From contig NC_057723.1 of assembly GCF_004010195.1 (NCBI RefSeq), positions 38,328,241-38,392,240 of the forward strand: a DNA stretch of 64,000 bases, given 5' to 3'. A program made the translations under genes and the position numbers. Below the pieces are notes generated by a model. It was given only the letters and a program-made list of their open reading frames with translations. It made no database searches and was not told where the DNA came from. Source of the stretch: Chiloscyllium plagiosum (taxonomy: Eukaryota). Positions 51,112 through 63,710 of this stretch are shown here, piece after piece; position 1 is the first letter of the stretch, and each line of letters opens with the position of its first letter.

Positions 51112-52720
51112 AGATGTCTTGAAATGGTTAAAGGTTAAAAATCCCAGGACCTGAGAACTCTGTGGGAAGCTAGAGAAGTGATTGCTGGGCCTCTTGCAGA
51201 GTTATTTGTATTATCGATAGTCACAGGTGAGGTGACGGAAGACTGGAGGTTGGCAAACGTGGTGCCACTGTTTTTTAAGAAGGGCGGTAAAGACAAGCCA
51301 GGGAACTACAGACCTGTGAGCCTGACCTCGGTGGTGGGCAAGTTGTTGGAGGGAATCCTGAGGGACAGGATGTACATGTATTTGGAAAGGCAAGGACTGA
51401 TTAGGGAGAGTCAACATGGCTTTGTGCATGGGAAATCATGTCTCACAAACTTCATTGAGTTTTTTGAAGAAGTAACAAACAGGATTGATGAGGGCAGAGT
51501 GGTGGACATGATCTTTATGAACTTCAGTAAGGCATCTGACAAGGTTCCCCACGGGAGGCTGATTAGCAAGGTTAGATCTCATGAAATACAGGGAGAACTA
51601 GCCATTTGGATACGGAACTAGCTCAAAGATAGAAGACAGAGGGTGGTGGTGAAGGGTAGTTTTTCAGACTGGAGGCCTGTGACCAGTGGGGTGCCACAAG
51701 GATCGGTGCTGGGCCCTCTACTTTTTGTCATTTACATAAATGATTTGGATGCGAGCATAAGAGGTACAGTTAGGAAGTTTGCAGATGACACCAAAATTGG
51801 AGGTGTAGTGGACAGCAAAGAGGGTTACCTCAGATTACAACAGGATCTGGACCAGATGGGCCAATGGGCTGAGAAGTGGCAGATGGTGTTTAATTCAGAA
51901 AAATGCGAGGTGCAAATCTTAGCAGGAGTTATACACTTAATGGTAAGGTCCTAGGGAGTGTTGCTGAACAAAGAGACCTTGGAGTGCAGGTTCATAGCTC
52001 CTCGAAAGTCGAGTTGCAGGTAGATATGATAGTGAAGGCAGCGTTTGGTATGCTTTTGTTTATTGGTTAGAGTATTGAGTACAGGAGTTGGGAGCTTAAA
52101 ATTGTGTTGCTGGAAAAGCGCAGCAGGTCAGGCAGCATCAAAGGAGCAGGAGAATCAACGTTTCGGCAGGAGTTGGAGGTCATGTTGCAGCTGTACAGGA
52201 CATTGGTTAGGCCGCTATTTGAATATTGCTTGTAATTCTGGTCTCCTTCCTATCGGAAAGATGTTGTGAAACTTGAAAGGGTTCAGAAAATTTGAGCTAC
52301 AGGGAGAAGCTGAACAGGCTGGGTGGTTTTCCCTGGAGCATCAGAAGCTGAGGACTGACCTTATAGAGGTTTACAAAATTATGAGGGGCATGGATAGGAT
52401 AAATAGACAAAGTCTTTTCCCTGGGGTTGGGCAGTCAAGAACTAGAGGGCATAGGTTTAGGGTCTTAGGGGAAAGATATAAAAGAGACATAAAGGGCAAC
52501 TTTTTCAGGGTGGTATTTATATGGAATGAGCTGCCAGAGAATGTGGTGAAGGTTGGTAAAATTGCAACATTTAAGAAGCATCTGGATGGGTATATGAATA
52601 GGAAGGGTTTGGAGGGATATGGGCCGGGTGCTGGCAGGTGGGACTAGATTGGGTTGGGATATCTGGTCGGCATGGACGGTTGGACCGAAGGGTCAGTTTC
52701 CATGCTGTACATCTCTATGG
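51112..52720 (+). mobile_element. 5'-truncated young CR1 LINE, ORF2 RT broken by stops and frameshifts
   Basis: ORFs 51178..51621 (PGNYRPVSLTS, SQHGF), 51643..51954 (GVPQGSVLGP, FADDTK) and 52273..52647 (RTRGH, AGRWD*); CR1 3' UTR follows. Confidence 0.93.
52095..52166 (-). mobile_element. 72-bp Penelope-derived insert (3' half of the hammerhead motif)
   Basis: Matches the left arm of the 11570 element. TSD caggagttgggag (52082-52094) / caggagttggag (52167-52178). Confidence 0.8.
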
Positions 52721-53855
52721 CTCGAGTCCAAAGATGGCCTGATCAATGTCCTGCATAGCTGCAACATGACATCCCAACTCCTATACTCAGTGCTCTGACC
52801 AATGAAGGCCAATCACCTCCTTTACCACCCTGGCTACCTTTAACTCCACTTTCAAGGAACTATGCAACTGCATCCCCAGATCTCTTTGATCAGCAACACT
52901 CAGCAGAGCCCTACCTTTAACTGTACAATTCCTGCCCTGGTTTGCCTCACCAAAGTGCAACACCTCACATTTGTTGAAATTAAACTCCATCTGATCAAGA
53001 AACCATTGTACTGTGAGGTAACCTTCTTTGCTGTCCACTACACCTCCATTTTGGTGTCATCTGCAAACCTATTAATCTTACCTCCTCTCTTAACATCCAA
53101 ATCATTTATATAAATTGCAAGCAGCTGTGGACCCAGCACTGACCCTTGTAGCACACCGCTCATCACAGGCTTCCAGTCCTTCTAAATCACAGATGCCTAT
53201 TGTAAAGATGGACTTATGCTCACACTATTGGTATTCAATTCCTGTTGTGTATCCATATACATAAATATACTAGCCAGGAAACAGAACTGTTTTGAATTCA
53301 GATTTATGCCTTGACAAACTGACAGAAACACTGGCAATTGGAACACAGTATAACTTATGCTTCAGTATCACTGCTGAAACATAGCCATCCGATCAGTTTA
53401 TCTGGATATGTGACCAGTCTAAAATTTAACCAAAATTCAATAAAAAGTGTATACATATACTAAAATGCATGGATTTAAATAATGAATGGATTAATCATAG
53501 ATTAGCTATTCTTGAACTTTCAAGCCATGCAATGGCTACTCTACAAAGTAGGATGTAACCAGAAACACGTTAATACCACTGTCTGGGGTTTTCACTGAAA
53601 CGCATGTAGCCAAATTTTTATGCCACAGCAAATACACAATTTGCATTATAGAAATATAATTCTACTTACTCTGTTACCATATAATCACAGAAAGAACCAG
53701 AAAATACCTTTTGGAAAAAATTCCTAAATCCCATAAAAGAATTAATTTTTATAAAGTCATGCTGCTGAAATGTTTTGTTGAATAATCACCTATTCCATTT
53801 TCACTTATCTCCCTGCCCCAGCCCCATGAATACAGAAATAACAAGAAAAACATAC

Positions 53856-54012
53856 TTGTCTGCTTGTCCTGCATTTAAAGTATTTTCTGCTCTCATTCGG
53901 GTCAAGGCAGCAGCAGCTTCATCCAACGCACAGCTAACTGAAGAAGTCAGTCTTCGGAGTACCTCAGGATCTGCGAAGGCTTTACCATCAGCAGTGGATA
54001 ATTTACCAATTC
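53856..54012 (-). CDS. ANKHD1: ANKHD1 exon ~3 (157 nt): (G)IGKLSTADGKAFADPEVLRRLTSSVSCALDEAAAALTRMRAENTLNAGQAD(N)
   Basis: Acceptor aaaag|GA at 54013-54014, donor AA|gtatg at 53854-53855. Not captured on this strand by the ORF track. Alternative in-frame acceptors at 53979 and 53970. Confidence 0.92.
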
Positions 54013-54036
54013 CTTTTGTTTTGATTCATCACATCA

Positions 54037-54043
54037 GTTAGTA
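54037..54043 (-). promoter_or_regulatory. Consensus branch point TACTAAC (also a QKI/SF1-type ACUAAC) upstream of exon 3
   Basis: Plus-strand gttagta; ~25 nt upstream of the exon 3 acceptor. Confidence 0.65.
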
Positions 54044-55956
54044 GGAGTGTTGCAGGTGAAAATGCAAAGACACAAACACAACAGCCATACGTTAAATGCA
54101 GTTCATGCACAATATGGTTAGTCCACAAAAAATTAAAAGCTCCATCATAAGTTTTATATTAAACATGCAACTTTAAATAAGATACAAGTAAAATAATTTG
54201 ACACTCCTAATTAAGGGTTTGGCAGCTACATTTTCTAAATGCATCTGAAGACTGCTTTGTTTTATCGTCTTCTCTCATGCACCTGTTAAACTTGGGGGGG
54301 TGGGGGTGGCGGTTGGAAAGTGTGCCAAATTTTCAATTTTCTCCCTTCTCAGTGCAAAACATTAAATCGCAGGTTCATCCAATTGTGATTGGAAATGAGA
54401 AATTCGGGTTTTCTTCTGCAATACCATCATGCTCATCCCCATTCCTTTCAAATCAACATGAAGAAAGTGCACAAGTTTCAAATTCGACAAAAATGTAGCC
54501 AATCTAAAGAGTTTCATTATGTGCTCAAGAATCAAAATGATGAACTTTACATTAGAATTCCAAGTCACATCACATACATCATTTACAGAACTGGAGCACT
54601 GGAACTAAATTCGAATAAACATTCAGCAATACGGAACAAATTTTGAAAATATTTAGAAGCCTGATGATCCTCCATACAGTACAAAAAGTTAAAAGTTAAA
54701 AAAGGTGACAAGTACTTAAATACGTATTTTTGTGGAACTATGAAATAATTCAGTTAGAATCAAAACTAACATTCCCTATGCAGAACCTCATTCTTCCTTG
54801 AGCTTCTAGAGTTACTTCCAGCATTATACTGAAGGCCACTGCTAAGAAAGTTAAATGATTCCATTATACTTTAAAATGTAACACTGCACTCAAGGCAAGG
54901 AACATTAGTAGTGGGGAACAGATACTTGTCACCTCAGACATTAAGCTGACAACATCAACTATTTTCAGTACATAATAAGATGATGCCCATAGTTTGGATA
55001 TCTTACTACTGAAGACTTATTGCTGAAAGTGATTTTCACTTGAAAGTGCCACAAAACTGTGCTGCAGACCTACAGTTTTTGACCTGAAGCCAGAAAGAAA
55101 AGCTTCAGTATGATAACTGAGTACAGCTCCTCACAGGTATTTAACCACATTTGGAAAACTTTGGGGTACATGCAGCAATCATCAGTGTGCTTTTTTAAAA
55201 CCCACCAAGCTGCCAGCAAGGAGCATAAATAGGATAGTACCTGGCTGAAATCGATAACGCATTTACTTAACAAAGACCATTGAACTTCAACAAATATACT
55301 AGTTCAGATTTTGTTAAAAGGAAAAGCATTCACCATTATGGAGCAACTGTCAGCATCCAAGTGTGCACAGTTAAATGTGGAAATCCTAAAGTTGCTGCTC
55401 AACTTGTTCCTTTATAATTTGGCAAAAAATTGCAGTTCTTTCCCACTCGTTACCCACCAGCATGCAAAAAAATGTTAAATTCACTTGCATTGGGATACAT
55501 CAGTTTTTTAATAGTGTGCCAGACTTTTAATTATTGGCTTTGACCCTAAAAATGTAACTTTACAAGTGCTACCTCTCATTTTTCCGCAAGCTATTGTTGA
55601 AACATGTTAAGAATCATTATACTTGTCTGTCTTGCTTGGAATCCCATCTCTCCTGAACTGCACATTTCACGTGTACATTATTTCACTTTGAATTAAATAC
55701 TGTGCTTTTTTGCTTCCTCATTTAGATTCTATACCACAAGATAGATTTTAATTTAGTACCAGTTTGGTATTAAACAATGACCAATGGATAACATGATTTG
55801 CTCACTTAAAATTTCCCTCATATTAAAAATGTCTACAGCTTTATCTTCAATCATTTCTCAATTTAAATCAAAACAATAAAATTAACGACAAAATAAAAAG
55901 ATGTTAAGTTAATTATTTGGAATCGCATTTATTCTTGTTAGAGAAATAAGAAAACC

Positions 55957-56057
55957 AGAGTTCAGATGAAAGGCCATCATTGAAACTTGAACTGTTTCTC
56001 TTGAAAAATGCTGCCAAATACTCAGCAGCTGTTGTTCTTATATTTCAGATTTCCAGC
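55957..56057 (+). mobile_element. Older Penelope-derived relic of a second family with a degenerate hammerhead core
   Basis: agagtt-cAGATGA-aaggccatcatt-GAAAC-ttg-aact, then atgctgcc and tcagatttccagc tail motifs. Confidence 0.5.
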
Positions 56058-57489
56058 TTTTCTAAACACTTAGAACATCTCAGTAACTATGCAAAGAGTT
56101 TAACTAAACCCAAGTTAACATATTACATAATTGAAAGTTAAGCTGGCGAATGAAAAGTCTATCTGAATTGTGCTGGCAGTTCATTCAGAATTAATCTAAC
56201 AAATCTTACATAAGGAATATCAAAATTACAAAGCATGTTGATACAGCAAATAAGAAGAAACATTTCAGCCAGGGAGTTGTTAAGTAGAGAACAAATTCCA
56301 ATTAATTGTCAAAAAAATAGGTGATTTATTTTTAAATAAAACACCTATGATCTAGAATGCATGATCTGGGAAAGGTGTGGATGAAGTTTTAATGCCACCT
56401 TTCAAAAAAGGAAAACTAAATATATACTTAGACACACAAAATACATATGTACACATCAAAAGGTCGTCAGAATTTGGCTTCCAATATTTTAAAAAAATAC
56501 AACTTTTGTTAAATTTGGTATTACATCTATATTGTCTGAAAATAACTCCATAAGCAGCATTCAAATATTCCAATATAAAAATTGGTCCACAACTCCTTTA
56601 ACCAGTCAATAAATAGCATCCACTATTAAACCTGGCCTGGTCTATTACTGAAAGCACAAGGTTGAAATGACAAGGTACCCTCTCAAGGACATCGAGAATT
56701 TGAATGACGAAGGCATACAAGTATATTTCTTTAACCAATGAGACTGAAGCATTGTCGAATGAACAGTTCATCTGAACCAAGGAGGACAAGATGGAATGGT
56801 GAATTTAACATTAAGGAAAGAAAGTAGTAAAACAAATTAGATTAACAGATGAACTAAGGAGAGTGAAGGAAAGAGATTTTGATCTTAAACAAATGAAGGA
56901 AATGAGATTTTAGTAGCTCATTTTGAGGCCCAGAGAAGTTAACTGGAAGGAATTAGCTCTTTTTACAATATTAAGGGTACTTGGATTTGAAATTGCTAAA
57001 ACACCTTTGCTCATACATGTCTGTAATTCATGCCACTCATTACAATCTGAAGAGGAGCCAGACTGCACACTACCAAGCTTGCAAAGCCAATTTTGGAACA
57101 GTACATCTTAGACAACTTTTCAATTCCTGTGTTACATCTTGCCCCTGCATTGCCTGGAGTTGCTAGTCACTTTCATTTGAATATGGTAAACAGAATTAAT
57201 CTAAACATTGTTTTGACAGCAATTTGTGGGCCAATAATGGAATTGAAAAAGGTCAGAAGTCAAGGTAGAAATAAGCCTCGACCTCTTCCATTGAAGATTT
57301 CAACCTCGAGGAACATATACAGCAACGTCAAGAATTAGAACCTTTTATCTTTGGAAGGTTCTCCACTGATCCCTTTCAGTTCCATTAACCCAACCAGCCT
57401 ATCAATAGTACTCTGGTTCATCTGCAGTCCAATCTGGCACATGGCATCACTAGTTTATGCATCCTTTGTGCTCATTTAGTCTGGCCGAA

Positions 57490-59030
57490 TACGCGACTGT
57501 AAGACCACAGTAATGTGGTTGATTATCAAATTCCCTTGGAAACAACCCATCAAACAATTTATTTTTATTTTAAAATCTAAGAAATTAAAGCAGATGATCA
57601 CTCAGGATCAACCTAGGTACAGAGTACAACCAAGGTACATTCAACCCAGTATTCCCTGCAAAGTCTTTTTAATATCAAGGTTTTGTGCCAAAGTTAGAAG
57701 AGATGGTTCACGGTTTAGTTAAGTAACAGCCCAACACAAATCATATTAGTAGAACTGTATCTCTCTGCCAACATTCTTGATTTCCCCTATCAACTACTAT
57801 AGGTATACAGAGTTATCAGTAGTGATAACAGTGATTTATAGTCAGGAAAGAGGAACCTGGGATACTTCAGCATTAATTCAGAGTCTGATGAAGTCTAAAA
57901 ATCTAGTCAAACAGACAAGGGAGCCTACTGCTCACTACCTATGGCCCTCCTTTGATGATGAATTAGTATTGCTTTACATCAAAAAGTACTCACAATAAGG
58001 GCTAAACACATCAAAGGATCTCAATGTTCATCAAAAACTGTGGTTCAAAATCTCAACCCACTCACCAAACTGACTCAGCCTTGAAAGACATTGCTAGGCC
58101 TTTGTTAGGTGGTAAAAATCTTCACAAGAAAGAAACCTACTTGATCTCACCCGCACCAATCTGTAAATTGCAAAATGTACATACAAGAAACATTGGCAGG
58201 AGCAACTACTGCACTGTCCTTTTGAAGAACAAGTCCCCTCTTCACACTGTAGAGACTGTCCATCATGTCGTTTGTCTCCACTGTTGAGCTGATTGCAATG
58301 GACTCCAGAAAAGGTTTAGCAGCTCAAAGGATGGCATTCACAAGGCACTACAGACCAACAGCAGAACTATATTCCAACATAATCTCTCGCTTCATGGCCT
58401 GGGTGCTCCCTCAGTCTTTCCTAACCACCAAGCCAGGCAACCAGTCTGGTTCAATGAATGAAATGCATACCGTGAATAGTCCCAGGCACATTTATGAGTT
58501 GCTGATCTACTCAAACAATTAAAAACAAACTCAGTGGATCCAAGGATGGTTATGGGCCCTGACAAAATTAGTCATGCTGGAAATTTATGTTCCAGAACCA
58601 GCTAGGTCCCGAGTCAATTTTCCAGCATAGCTACACTGCCATCTACAAGGTACCAGACCAAAAAAAACAGAAGGTTACTTGGTTGTCTTTTTCACTAAAG
58701 AGGGCAGACCTAATTTGGCCAAATATCATATCAGTCTATTCTTAAGCAACAATCACCTGACAAACATGTGAACTGTGCTACCAAGTAGCAGTTAGGTTAA
58801 CGTAGTCTGCTTATTAAAATGCAGTTTTAGTTTCACCATGGGCATGCTGCTCCAGTCTTGGCCAAACATGGATGAGGTGAATTCCAGGAAAGACACTGTC
58901 CTGAGATTAGGGCACCAATGTTTAAGGAACCCTTCTAAAACTGAAGTCACTTGGATTCAGGCTGATGACTGTACTGACTTAGTCATACTGATGACAAAAA
59001 TTATTTTGCACACCTCTGTGACTGTGATGT
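57490..59030 (+). mobile_element. Decayed copy of the SINE-headed LINE family
   Basis: ccctgcaaagtc...tgtgccaaagttagaagag (APE start) and ccaagccaggcaaccagtctggttcaatga are shared with 35215-37865. Confidence 0.55.
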
Positions 59031-59742
59031 GCACTTTCAAAACATATGTACATGCAAAATATGAACAAGTCATTCAACCCCACAACCTCCATTCACCATG
59101 TGTTAAGATCATGACCCATCTGATTGTGACCTCATATCTATTTTCCTGTCTACCTCTATAACCTTGACTCCCCTGGTGCTCTCTGGGGAAGTGAATTCTA
59201 CAGACAAATGACACTCAAAAATGTTCACTTGTCTCACATAGGAGACATCTCATTTTTAAAATCTTGCTACTTGTTCTAGCTTCTCTCATAAGGCGAAACA
59301 TCCACCATTTAAGTCCCTTCCTTTCAGGATACTGCATGTTACAAGATCCTCTCTCATTCTTCTAAACGCCACTGGTTACAAGCCCAATGCATCTACAGCA
59401 AATATATTGTTTAATTTGGGATAGAGTAATTTGAAAAAAGTAGCAAAATAATACTTCCATAAGTTGATAATCTCAGCAGCAAAAGCAACATTATCAATAA
59501 AATTGAACACGCAGTGCTACCTAATGCTTTAAACCTTGTGTTAAATGACAAGAATGGTAATTCAGAAGAATAGAACAAGTTGTTGAATAAAATTGTTAAT
59601 CACAAAGGCAACATTTTAATTGATTTAGTCACCATTTGTTTAAAGTAGAACTATCATAACAACTGCTTTGCAACTTCTACAAAGATCAATTATTCAGCTT
59701 TCCTACTACAAACCAACATGCATCCCTCTTCAAATAAAATTT

Positions 59743-60071
59743 TTAGATTTACATTCCCTACAGTACGGAAACTGACCCTTCGGCCCAACAAGTCCACACT
59801 GACTGTCCGAAGAGTAACTCACCCAGACCCATTGCCGTATCCTATATTTACCCTTGACTAATGCACCTAACACTATGGGCAATTTAGCACTGCCAATTCA
59901 TCTGACCTGCACATCTTTGGATTGTGAAAAATCCGAACACCCAGAGGAAACTCATGCAGACACGAGGAGAATGCACAAACCCCACACAGACAGTCACTCA
60001 AGGCGGGAACTGAACCCAGGTCCCTGGCGCTGTCAGGCAGCAATGCTAACCACTGAGCCACTGTGCCGCCC
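59743..60071 (-). mobile_element. HE1/V-SINE-type SINE
   Basis: Head ...ctaaccactgagccactgtgccgccc and tail ttagatttacattccctacagtacggaaac. Confidence 0.9.
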
Positions 60072-61654
60072 AGTTAGAGGATCAAAAACTACCTAAGATT
60101 GGCAACCTGCTGAATCCAAAATGGTAAGGTAGCTCCACCTGGCTTTATAATTTAGCTGCTGAAAGTCAGAAATCAAAAAGTTCTTAAAACACAACAAATC
60201 AAATAGTTTAGAAGGCAGGTAACAAGTTCTCGTATACCTAAAAGGGCACTCAGGATGATACACATCTCTGAAAAAGTGGACAATCCTGTCCTAAATTGCA
60301 CAAGTGCAAATAAAAACAAAATGCCTGATTTGTACAAAACTACCTCGTACTGTTAGTCTAAAAAGAAAATACTTCAGGACAACACAATTTGAGTGTTTGC
60401 CTGCAGGGGAGCATAATACAAAAGATTTTCCATTCAGAAGAACCCAGTGAGTAGTTTTAAGCAGGTGTAAGCAAGAAAGAGGAGGTTTTCAGCTAAAACA
60501 TCACAAAGCCTATGATTTGGAATAAAAAAATTCAACAAGCAAACCTTGTAACCACAAGGCAAAAGAATTTCAGATCGAGTAAAGCTATGGAAACAGAAAA
60601 GATTCAGAGCTACATTTTTAGCTTTGGAACATACTGGAAAATTAAGATTTAAGCCTGTTTCTACTCTAATATTTACACCATTATCTGCAAACAATCCCAG
60701 AATAATAATAAAAATTCCTCCATTCTGCATAACCAGTCTCAGCTGCAAACCTGTCAGGTAAAATAATATCCTCAGATGTCACGAGAACAGAGGAAAAAAA
60801 ACCTCTTCGCCAGAAAGGAGTGGACCACTTGCAGATTTGACATATCTTCATTCTGACATTTTCAGCGACAAGATAAAATTAATCTAATTTCATAGAACGG
60901 AGGAGAAATATGCATTTGCTGACACAAATGTTATAAATGCAGTCTGTTAAGATGACCACGTTAAGATGACCACTTTAACTGACATCAAACATAATTGGTA
61001 TCTATTCAAGGGCATTTCTGGAGGAGACCACCATGCTTACACTGTAAATCTATCCCACAATTACCAGAAGCACAATGGTCATTATTCCCAACTTTCACTA
61101 CTACTAATCTAAATTAGTCGTTAACAGCCAGGTTGGTGAGGTGGCATCAAAATTAAATGTAATATTGTTACAGAAGGGAAACAAAAATCAATCAGGGTTC
61201 TTAGTGATAACTGGAGATATACTGCTTCAGGAATGTGTATAGGCGTTGCTGACAAGTAACCTAACAGCAAGAAAGAGGGTCACTGAGCAATGAACTATAT
61301 ACCATTGTGTTGGCATATGGAGGGGAGATAGGAAATTGGCAAGCACATATTGTTTAAAAGTTAACTTATTTTGGAGGTTTAAAAGTGAGAAAATAATATT
61401 TCAGATCACATTTTAATTATCCGGAGATAACTAGGTTCAGTTAAGTACCAGACAGTAGTTTCAAATTTACCAAATTAACACCATTAACAAGTTTAGAAAT
61501 ATTGACCATTTTTGTTTTAATAGATCAGATTTGTTACTAGGAATTTTACATTTTGTTTACACTTAATTTAACTGTTTAGTTGATTCTGTTAGAAAGGTAC
61601 CAACAGGATTAGTGATTTTGATTCTTACCGAAAATACTTTGAGAATATGAACAA

Positions 61655-63710
61655 TAGTAGAGTTATGATATGACTGGACTATTAATTCAGGAGGTTGAGT
61701 CAAAGGATTTGGAAATACTATCAAATCCCACCACAGCAACTAAGGAAATCAACTTCAGTTAATTCAATAAACATGGATTACAAAACTAATGTCAGTGGTG
61801 GTGATCGTGTAAGTAGTAGATTGTATGGGGAAGTTGATGAATTTAGGGAACAAAGAGAATAGGAAAGGAATAGGTTATTTAGCCCTTTCAATTGCTCCAT
61901 TTAATATAACCAAGGTGGATCATCCAACTCAACATGCTTTTCCCACTTTCTCCCAATGCCCTTTGATTCCTTCAGCTCCAAGAGCTTGATCAGGCTCCTC
62001 CTAGAAAACATTTAACCTTTGACCTCAAGCACACATACTATGGCAGAGAATCCCACAGGCTCACCATTCACTGGGTGAAGAAATTTCTCATCTCAGTCCT
62101 AAATGGCCTACCCCATATCCTCAAAGCAAAACCCTGGCTCTGGAACTGGTGGGTGTCCAGATCTACAAGATAGTTATGTTTTAACTGCCCTCTGAAATGG
62201 CCTACCAAGATAGTGAGCTGTGCCAAACTACTAAGACTAACAGTAGTGAGAATAAAATCGGATAGAACATTGAGTATCAACACAGGCGTCAGATTTAGCA
62301 TTCCAGAAACAAAGACCCCAAACAACCCCAACTAATATCTAGAGACTTGCGCAAGCCGTCTCGGACAATCTCCGCGTCTTTTCACAGAAACCATCGTCAT
62401 ATTCACCAAATCATGCCTTTAGGTTAATGGTCCAGAAAAATCCTCATCTGTAGATACATCTTGTCCCATATTTTGGACAGACAGTGACAGTCTCTCATAT
62501 AGTTGCACACTCATGAGGGAGTGGCCCTAACATTAAAAGGTCTTAACATTGATTCCAGATCCCATGAAGCATCATAGTAGAAGGTAAAAATATAGGTAAA
62601 TGTGCTTCTTGTTAATCATCAGCTGCCTCCTTACCCAGACAATAAATTATATTTCCATCTATCAGAAAAAATGGAAATTTCCCAGGAAATGTTCTTTCAC
62701 CTAAAAGGACAAATCCAATTCAATCTATAATCAGTCCACTCTTTATTTTCATTCAGCACTGTAATAAAAATGGCTTTAATAGCACTATTTACTGGCATTT
62801 ATTCACCAATTCTCAGTTTACAACATTGAGTTGGAACTTCACATCTCCAGCATCCGCAGTACTTTGCTTTTAGATAACGACATGATGTTCAGGACTATTG
62901 GTGACTCCTCGGATATGGAGGCAGTCCAGATTTATATGCAAAATCTGGACAATATCCAGCCTTGAACCCACGTGTGACAACTAATGTCCGCCCTACACAA
63001 CTTGAAGAATGCAGGAGGGCATGATCAGTACCAAGACCAGGCTTACCTAAAAGTGATATGTGAACCTAATGAAGCTACAAAACAGTTTCACGTGCATGCC
63101 AAACAAAGGATAAACAGTGATAAGTGAGTCCTAAACTGGACTAACTACAAAAGCAAATCAAAAGGCCAGGAATTCTGCAGTCACTTCCTGACCACCCCCA
63201 TACCCTTCCCAAGATTATCCATCTACAAAGCTCAAGTCAAATTTGAAACTAACCATGTCAGACGGTGAAATCAGAATTTCTTTTTTGAAAATCTGAAATT
63301 GCAAAGCCAGCCTAATGAGGACTACCTAACTACAACCAATTGTTGTGAAAACTCATCTGACTCCCTACTGTCCTTTAGGGATGCAACATTAACGTTCTGC
63401 AACAGTAGTGTGTACCATTTACTAGATGCACTGCAGTAATTCACTAAGGTTCTTCTGGCATCACCTTTCAAACCCGCGACTCTCCTCGTACGATGGAAAA
63501 CTCTATTTGTCCAATGGTTGTGGCTCCAAGAACACAGGTTCGACACCATTGAAAGTAAAACAGTTCACTTGTTTCAATGTTTCAGTATGGATCCAGTGCG
63601 TAACATCAAGAACCAGCACCTTCCAAGGAAAGTCAACAAAGGGCAACAAATGCTAGCCTTTCCAGCAGCACCAAGTGTCACATGTTTCCATTCTCAAGTG
63701 CCCAATGACC
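61655..63710 (+). mobile_element. Decayed SINE-headed LINE copy interrupted by an antisense CR1 tail (~61850-62150)
   Basis: Head actggactattaattcaggagg...caaatcccaccacagc; APE remnants ~62330-62600; tail gggcaacaaatgctagcc. Confidence 0.55.

Larger units (their letters stand above)
50370..53180 (-). mobile_element. CR1 LINE 3' fragment split into 50370-50899 and ~52725-53180 by nested insertions
   Basis: Minus-strand FADDTKMEV..MDSKEGYL and CEVLHFG (ORF 52787..53038). The two halves join at cagtac/tccaa. Confidence 0.8.
1228..54012 (-). other. ANKHD1: ANKHD1 (ankyrin repeat and KH domain-containing 1, MASK1) gene, partial: 17 coding exons (approx. human exons 3-19); the gene continues past both window ends
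   Basis: Spliced translation is continuous from GIGKLSTADGKAFADPEV to ILLNAGAEINSR. All introns are GT-AG with compatible phases. Residues matching recalled human ANKHD1 rather than ANKRD17: SDGDVNAVRKLLDEG, RATANNDHTVVSL, HTNVVSYLLDY, GTSKQKSS, YQPLECIVEETEGKL, EELVSVLIAR. Confidence 0.93.

Noticed and set aside
51178-52647. Active or domesticated reverse transcriptase
   Set aside because: 5'-truncated, with stops, frameshifts, deletions and an internal insertion; an ordinary dead CR1.
1228-54012. Assignment to ANKRD17
   Set aside because: Most paralog-diagnostic positions match recalled ANKHD1 (DEG, ATANNDHTVV, TNVVSY, PLECIVEETEG, VSVLIAR); synteny is not visible in this window.
54015-54040. 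Box C-like GTGATGA suggesting an intronic snoRNA
   Set aside because: It lies ~12 nt from the acceptor with no room for a D box or terminal stem inside the intron.
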